Assembly (NCBI GenBank): GCA_018302135.1
Contig: JAGWAE010000002.1
Span: forward strand, 11,803 to 75,802
DNA: 64,000 nt
Reading direction: 5' to 3'
DNA from: Candidatus Woesearchaeota archaeon
GTDB taxonomy: Archaea; Nanobdellota; Nanobdellia; SCGC-AAA011-G17; PNOQ01
The notes below the pieces were generated by a model. It did no database searches. It was not told the DNA's origin and worked only from the letters and a program-made list of their open reading frames with translations. The position numbers and the translations under genes were made by a program. The number at the start of each line of letters is the position of its first letter. Position 1 is the stretch's first letter. Positions 59,026-64,000 of this stretch are shown in pieces.

Positions 59026-61650
59026 CTAAATTTTGGATTCTTGTTTTATATAGTTTTTTGTTTCATCTATTACAAATATTTTTCTTAATTCTAAAATTAC
59101 TATTCCTACAAGTACTACACCTAATGAGATTAACCAATCATTTAAAGATAATTGAACTAACTCAAAAAATTCACTTATTGGTGTATATATTAAAATTATT
59201 TGTAATCCTAAAGCCAATAATATTGAAATTAATAAAAATTTGTTATTAAACAAACTCATTTTGAATATACTTTTTTTATTAGATCTACAAACAAGTACCA
59301 AAAATAATTCAAATAAAATTACTGTTGTCAAAACCATTGTTCTTGCTTTGTCTATATTTCCAGAAACATTATAAGAATATGAAAAAATAGAAATACCTAT
59401 TACTGTTAATAACACTGCAGATAAAATTAGAAATGGTGTTGAACCATTTAATATAGACTCCTTTGGATTTCTTGGTTTTCTATGCATAATATTTTTTTCT
59501 GCAGGATCTACTCCTAATGCTATTGCAGGCAAACTATCTGTGATTAAATTAATCCAAAGAATTTGTAAAGGTAATAATGGTAAAGGTAAAGATAAAATTA
59601 AAGACATTGTAATTATACCTATTTCTCCAAGATTTGCAGATAATACTAATTTAACAAACTTTTTTGTGTTATCATAAATTCTTCTTCCGTGACTTACTGC
59701 ATTAACAATTGAGTTAAAATTATCATCTAATAATATTACATCTGATGAATCTCTTGTAACATCTGTGCCAGAAATACCCATTGCTATACTTACATTTGCT
59801 TTTTTTAATGCTGGTGCATCATTAATACCATCTCCAGTCATTGCTACAATCTCTCCTTTTTCTTGTAAGTTTTCTAAAATTAGTACTTTGTGTTCTGGGT
59901 TTACTCTTGCGTAAATGTCTACTTGGTTAATAATAGAAGATATTTGATCTTTGTTCATATTTGAAAGTTGTTCGCCAGTAATAACTCTTGTACCTAAGTT
60001 TAATTCTTTTGCAATTGCTTGTGCGGTTAATGCATTATCTCCAGTTATCATTATTACTCTGATTCCTGCCTTTTTGCAAAGCTTGATTGCTTCTTTTGCT
60101 TCTTCTCTTGGAGAGTCTATCATACCTACTAATCCTAAAAATATCATTTCTTTTGAATTGTTTTCTTTTGAAAATGCTAATCCTAAAACTCTTAATGCTG
60201 AATTAGCCATTTTTGAATTCATTAATAATATTCTTTCTTTGTCTTTTGGATCAATAAATTTTATTCTGCCATTATCATAATAATATTTACATTTGGCTAA
60301 TACAATTTCTGGGGCACCTTTCATATGAATACACTTTTTATCTTGATATGAATCTAAAGTTGCCATAAATTTTTTAATTGAGTCAAATGGAGTTTCATCT
60401 ACTCTTGTAAAATTTGTTTTGATATTTGCTTTTTTTGCAGCAACTAATAATGCTAATTCTGTTGGATCTCCAATTTTGTTTTCTAGTTGAGAATTATTAC
60501 AAAGAATTCCAGTTTCTAATAATTTTTCAATTCTTTTTGTATCATATTTTGTTGAAAATGAAGTTTTAAAATTTCCTTTTGTATCGTAACCATTCCCAGT
60601 TACTTGTATTAATTCGTTATTTGCATATATTTGAGTTACTGTCATTTCTCCTTTTGTCATTGTTCCTGTTTTATCTGCACAAATAACAGTTACAGCACCA
60701 AGAGTTTCTATTGATGAGAGTTTTCTTACTAACGCTTTATTTTGTGCCATTCTTTGCACACCTAAAGCTAAAGAAACAGTTAGAACTATTGGCAATCCTT
60801 CTGGTATTGCTGCAACTGCTATACTTATCGCAGTCATTATTGATTCTGATAATGGAATTTTTCTAATAAAACCTAATCCTAATAATAATATAACTACAAA
60901 GAGAATAATTTTAGTTAAACTTTTACTTACTTTTTTTAATTTTTTTTCTAATAACGTTTCTTCTTTTTTTATAGTTTGTAATGAACTGGCAATTTTACCA
61001 AATTCAGTTTTATCTCCTGTAGAAATTACAACTGCTTTTGCTCTACCAGAGGCAACAATTGTTCCTGCAAAAACCATATTGGTTTGTAGCGCTAATGTTT
61101 GAGTTTGTTGTATCTGTTTTGTTATTTTTTCTACTGGCAAAGATTCTCCGGTTAAAATTGATTCATTTGTTTTAAAATCAAAAACTTGAATTAAACGAGC
61201 ATCCGCAGGTATTTTGTCTCCTTCTTCTAATATTAATATATCTCCCGGAACAACTTCTTCTGAATTTATTATGATTAAACGTTTGTTTCTTATAACTTTG
61301 GCTGAAGAGGCACTAATCTTCTTTAATAATTCTAAAGCACGCTCCGCTTTGTATTCTTGATAATATCCAAGCACACTATTAATTATTAATATTACTAAAA
61401 TTACCGAAGCGTCTAAAAATTCTTTTATTATTAATGAGATTATTATTGCTAAAAATAAAATATAAATTAATGGACTTTTAAATTGCCTAATAAAAATTGA
61501 TAGTTTAGAAATACCTTTTTGTTTCTCTATTTTGTTTAAACCTACTTTTTTTAATCTGTATTCTGCTTCATGTTGGGATAATCCATTATTAAAATCAGAG
61601 TTTAATGATGTTAAAACTTGTTCTTTTGATTTGGAATGATATGGAATCAT
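59026..61650 (-). CDS. P-type cation-transporting ATPase (type II, Ca2+/Mg2+-like)
   Basis: Phosphorylation site CADKTGTMT, TGES (LTGESLPV), MITGDN, VAMTGDGINDAPALKKA. 874 aa. Confidence 0.9.
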   Translation of the reverse strand: MIPYHSKSKEQVLTSLNSDFNNGLSQHEAEYRLKKVGLNKIEKQKGISKLSIFIRQFKSPLIYILFLAIIISLIIKEFLDASVILVILIINSVLGYYQEYKAERALELLKKISASSAKVIRNKRLIIINSEEVVPGDILILEEGDKIPADARLIQVFDFKTNESILTGESLPVEKITKQIQQTQTLALQTNMVFAGTIVASGRAKAVVISTGDKTEFGKIASSLQTIKKEETLLEKKLKKVSKSLTKIILFVVILLLGLGFIRKIPLSESIMTAISIAVAAIPEGLPIVLTVSLALGVQRMAQNKALVRKLSSIETLGAVTVICADKTGTMTKGEMTVTQIYANNELIQVTGNGYDTKGNFKTSFSTKYDTKRIEKLLETGILCNNSQLENKIGDPTELALLVAAKKANIKTNFTRVDETPFDSIKKFMATLDSYQDKKCIHMKGAPEIVLAKCKYYYDNGRIKFIDPKDKERILLMNSKMANSALRVLGLAFSKENNSKEMIFLGLVGMIDSPREEAKEAIKLCKKAGIRVIMITGDNALTAQAIAKELNLGTRVITGEQLSNMNKDQISSIINQVDIYARVNPEHKVLILENLQEKGEIVAMTGDGINDAPALKKANVSIAMGISGTDVTRDSSDVILLDDNFNSIVNAVSHGRRIYDNTKKFVKLVLSANLGEIGIITMSLILSLPLPLLPLQILWINLITDSLPAIALGVDPAEKNIMHRKPRNPKESILNGSTPFLILSAVLLTVIGISIFSYSYNVSGNIDKARTMVLTTVILFELFLVLVCRSNKKSIFKMSLFNNKFLLISILLALGLQIILIYTPISEFFELVQLSLNDWLISLGVVLVGIVILELRKIFVIDETKNYIKQESKI

Positions 61651-61689
61651 TAGTAAATTTTATTATTTATATTATATAAATGTTTTTTA

Positions 61690-61763
61690 TGGGGCTGCTC
61701 GGATTTGAACCGGGATCACCAGGACCCCATCCTGGTAGGCTAACCAAGTTACCCCACAACCCC
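61690..61763 (-). tRNA. tRNA-Pro (anticodon GGG)
   Basis: Reverse complement GGGGTTGTGGGGTAACTTGGTTAGCCTACCAGGATGGGGTCCTGGTGATCCCGGTTCAAATCCGAGCAGCCCCA. Anticodon stem CCAGG/CCTGG, loop ATGGGGT. One C-A mismatch in the T-stem. Confidence 0.7.
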
Positions 61764-61768
61764 AAAAA

Positions 61769-61842
61769 TGACCCTACTGGGATTTGAACCCAGATCTACC
61801 GGGCCGAAACCGGTGACTCTATCCAAGTTAAGCTATAGGGCC
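61769..61842 (-). tRNA. tRNA-Arg (anticodon UCG)
   Basis: Reverse complement GGCCCTATAGCTTAACTTGGATAGAGTCACCGGTTTCGGCCCGGTAGATCTGGGTTCAAATCCCAGTAGGGTCA. Anticodon stem ACCGG/CCGGT, loop TTTCGGC. Confidence 0.75.
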
Positions 61843-61894
61843 TTAAAATATTAATTTTCATAAACTTATAAAATAATCGGAAAGCTTTTTATAT

Positions 61895-62347
61895 TTGTAT
61901 TTCCAGATTTTGTTTGGGGTGAAGTTATTGAAAAAAAAGAAAGTTTTATTAAAAAAGAAAAAAGTTCCGACATTAGTTAAAGTTATTTCAGTTTTCTATT
62001 ACATAGGTGCGTTCTTAGGTTTACTTTTTGGAATATTATTTATGGTTGGTGCTAAGATAGTATATTTAATACTAGACCAAATACCCGAGCTTGCAGCGCT
62101 AGGTTCTGGAATCTTTGTTGTTTTAGGAGTAATATTAATAGTAATGAGTGTTGTTGACTTCTTTATTGGAGTAGGATTATGGAACGGTAAACGTTGGGCT
62201 AGAATATGGGTAATAATCTTCTGTGCTTTAGGAATTTTAAGTGCCATAATTAATGGGATACTTGTAAATTTGGGTAGCTTAATAATAAACTTAGCTATTG
62301 GATTGTACTTTTACCTAGATAAAGACGTTAAAAAAGCTTTTAATTAA
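61895..62347 (+). CDS. Hypothetical membrane protein (3-4 TM) with Lys-rich N-terminus
   Basis: 150-aa hydrophobic ORF between tRNA genes. Confidence 0.45.
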   Translation: MYFQILFGVKLLKKKKVLLKKKKVPTLVKVISVFYYIGAFLGLLFGILFMVGAKIVYLILDQIPELAALGSGIFVVLGVILIVMSVVDFFIGVGLWNGKRWARIWVIIFCALGILSAIINGILVNLGSLIINLAIGLYFYLDKDVKKAFN

Positions 62348-62357
62348 TTTTTTATAT

Positions 62358-62430
62358 GGCCTTACGGGGATTTGAACCCCGATCGCCCGGTCCGTAGCCG
62401 AGAGCTCTATCCAAGTTAAGCTATAAGGCC
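62358..62430 (-). tRNA. tRNA-Arg (encoded anticodon ACG)
   Basis: Reverse complement GGCCTTATAGCTTAACTTGGATAGAGCTCTCGGCTACGGACCGGGCGATCGGGGTTCAAATCCCCGTAAGGCCA. Anticodon stem CTCGG/CCGGG, loop CTACGGA. 5' half nearly identical to tRNA-Arg(UCG). Confidence 0.75.
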
Positions 62431-62453
62431 TCAAGAGTAAAGAAATATGTTAG

Positions 62454-62687
62454 TTAAAAAAGCTTACCCTCTAATGATATTTTAAAATCGTTCACTTTGT
62501 TTCTTATACCCTCGTCAGATACATATAAGTCTAAAACTCTTCTTGCATGGGCTAAATCTTCTAATTCTACATGTTGAAGTATTAACTTTATAATTGAAGG
62601 TGGAACTCTACTTTCATATTCGTTTGCTAATGTACATAAATCGGAGTAATAAAACTTAGGTTTTACATCTTTAGAATTAGGATCCAT
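62454..62687 (-). CDS. Hypothetical small protein (77 aa)
   Basis: ORF only. No recognisable domain. Confidence 0.35.
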   Translation of the reverse strand: MDPNSKDVKPKFYYSDLCTLANEYESRVPPSIIKLILQHVELEDLAHARRVLDLYVSDEGIRNKVNDFKISLEGKLF

Positions 62688-62780
62688 GATTCTGGGGATT
62701 TACAATTAGTTAAAAACTTTGCGTTACTCTATTTTTAAAAATAAAAACATTTAAAAGTATTAACAAGAAGTGTATAACAT

Positions 62781-64000
62781 ATGGATAACAAAGGGGTAAA
62801 TGCAGTTAAAAAAGAAAATTTTTCTGAATGGTACACTCAAGTTATACAAAAAGCAGATTTAATAGATTATAGTGAGGTTTCTGGCTGCTTAATTTTTAAA
62901 CCAGGATCTTATTCTATATGGGAAAACATACAGAGTTATTTGGATGGTAAATTTAAAAAAGATGGAGTGAAAAATGCATACTTTCCTTTACTTATACCCG
63001 AGCATTTATTTAAAAAAGAAGCTGAACATGTTCAAGGATTCGCTCCAGAAGTTGCTTGGGTAACTCATGCAGGAAATACTAAATTAAATGAAAGATTGGC
63101 TATAAGACCAACATCTGAAACTATAATGTATGATTCTTATGCTAAATGGATTAGAAGTTGGAAAGATTTACCATTAAGATACAATCAATGGTGTAATGTT
63201 ATTAGATGGGAATTTAAACATCCTGTTCCATTTTTGAGGACTAGAGAATTTTTGTGGCAGGAAGGGCATAGTGTTTTTGCTACTAAAAAAGAAGCTGATA
63301 AAGAGGCCATAAGAATTTTAAATTTTTACGCTGATTGTTATGAAAAAATTTTAGCGGTTCCTGTTTTGAAAGGAATAAAATCAAAAAATGAAAAATTTGC
63401 TGGTGCGGATTATTCTCTAAGTGTTGAAACTTTATTGCCTAATGGAAAAGCAATACAAGGAGCAACTTCACACAATTTAGGACAGAATTTTTCAAAAGCA
63501 TTCGGTATAAAATTTTTAGATATATCTGAGAAAAATGATTATGGTTGGCAAAACTCTTGGGGATTTTCAACAAGAAGCATAGGCATAATGATAGCTATAC
63601 ATGGAGATGATAAAGGAATAATATTACCTCCAAACGTTGTCTTGAATAAAGTTGTTGTTGTCCCAATATTATTTACAAAAGATAAAAAAGAAATAGTAAA
63701 TGTTGCAAATTCTATTGTTAAAAAGTTAAAAAAGTTTAATCCTTTGTTAGATGACAGAGATGATTATAGTGCAGGATGGAAGTTTAATGAATGGGAAATG
63801 AAAGGGATTCCGTTAAGAATTGAGATTGGGCCTAAAGATTTAGCTAGTAAACAAGTTGTTTTTGTCAGAAGAGATAATAATGAAAAAATTAATGTTAAAA
63901 TAAAAGATATTGGTAAAGAAGTTCCAAAAGTTTTGAATGAAATACAAGAAAATTTGTTTTTGAAAGCTAAAAAATTTTTAGAAGGGTCTATTCAAAAAGT
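62781..64000 (+). CDS. proS: Prolyl-tRNA synthetase, archaeal/eukaryal type (3' end beyond window)
   Basis: MDNKGVNAVKKENFSEWYTQVIQKADLIDYSEVSGCLIFKPGSYSIWENIQ..., class II motifs (IRPTSET; FLRTREFLWQEGH). Open to the window end. Confidence 0.85.
   Translation, partial: MDNKGVNAVKKENFSEWYTQVIQKADLIDYSEVSGCLIFKPGSYSIWENIQSYLDGKFKKDGVKNAYFPLLIPEHLFKKEAEHVQGFAPEVAWVTHAGNTKLNERLAIRPTSETIMYDSYAKWIRSWKDLPLRYNQWCNVIRWEFKHPVPFLRTREFLWQEGHSVFATKKEADKEAIRILNFYADCYEKILAVPVLKGIKSKNEKFAGADYSLSVETLLPNGKAIQGATSHNLGQNFSKAFGIKFLDISEKNDYGWQNSWGFSTRSIGIMIAIHGDDKGIILPPNVVLNKVVVVPILFTKDKKEIVNVANSIVKKLKKFNPLLDDRDDYSAGWKFNEWEMKGIPLRIEIGPKDLASKQVVFVRRDNNEKINVKIKDIGKEVPKVLNEIQENLFLKAKKFLEGSIQK

Noticed and set aside
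1-64000. CRISPR arrays, integrases, transposases, IS elements
   Set aside because: No regularly spaced direct repeats were seen, and no ORF had recognisable recombinase or transposase motifs. The only repeat-like regions are protein-level beta-helix repeats inside 46211-51667.
1-64000. Alternative interpretation that the contig is bacterial (CPR/Patescibacteria) because of NrdR, MetK, Csp and A34 tRNAs
   Set aside because: GatD, archaeal-type AspRS/ProRS, deoxyhypusine synthase, Ogg2, XPD-like helicase, TrmB regulator and ATP-dependent ligase together favour an archaeal (DPANN) origin. This is noted as unresolved rather than adopted.

Overview
AT-rich (about 30% GC) chromosomal segment, most consistent with a small-genome DPANN-type archaeon (Woesearchaeota/Pacearchaeota-like). 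The case for archaeal origin: GatD plus a GatE-like subunit, archaeal/eukaryal-type AspRS (disrupted), AsnRS and ProRS, deoxyhypusine synthase, ATP-dependent DNA ligase, a TrmB-family regulator, an XPD-like helicase, Ogg2-type glycosylase and class II RNR. There is also a strong bacterial-like component: NrdR with a canonical NrdR box, bacterial-type MetK, a CspA-like cold-shock protein, MscL, and tRNA-Arg(ACG)/tRNA-Thr(AGU) genes with encoded A34. A bacterial (CPR-like) origin cannot be fully excluded from sequence alone. Coding density is high, on both strands, with GGAGG-type ribosome-binding sites. Eight tRNA genes lie in two clusters (4949-7713 and 61690-62430). Gene content: an Fe-S assembly operon (regulator, DUF1858, iscS, iscU); dNTP metabolism (nrdR-nrdJ, dut); cell division (ftsZ); DNA repair (lig, nth, ogg, xpd-like); an oxidative-stress cluster (cytochrome b5-like, SOD, peroxiredoxin, rubrerythrin-like); polyamine/hypusine genes (SAM decarboxylase, agmatinase-family, PLP decarboxylase, deoxyhypusine synthase, metK); many transporters; and two giant surface proteins (more than 1641 aa with a C-terminal SLT/GH23 lytic transglycosylase domain; 1818 aa beta-helix protein with a C-terminal membrane anchor and PRC barrel). 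The most unusual elements: a secreted short RHS-core protein carrying a C-terminal HExxH metallopeptidase toxin domain (11418-12605); the giant SLT-domain protein; an aspS gene with an internal roughly 56-58 nt deletion; a frameshifted amino-acid transporter; and several conserved-unknown gene pairs (DUF5320-like/DUF134; PD-(D/E)XK nuclease with small neighbours). No CRISPR array, integrase or transposase was recognised.
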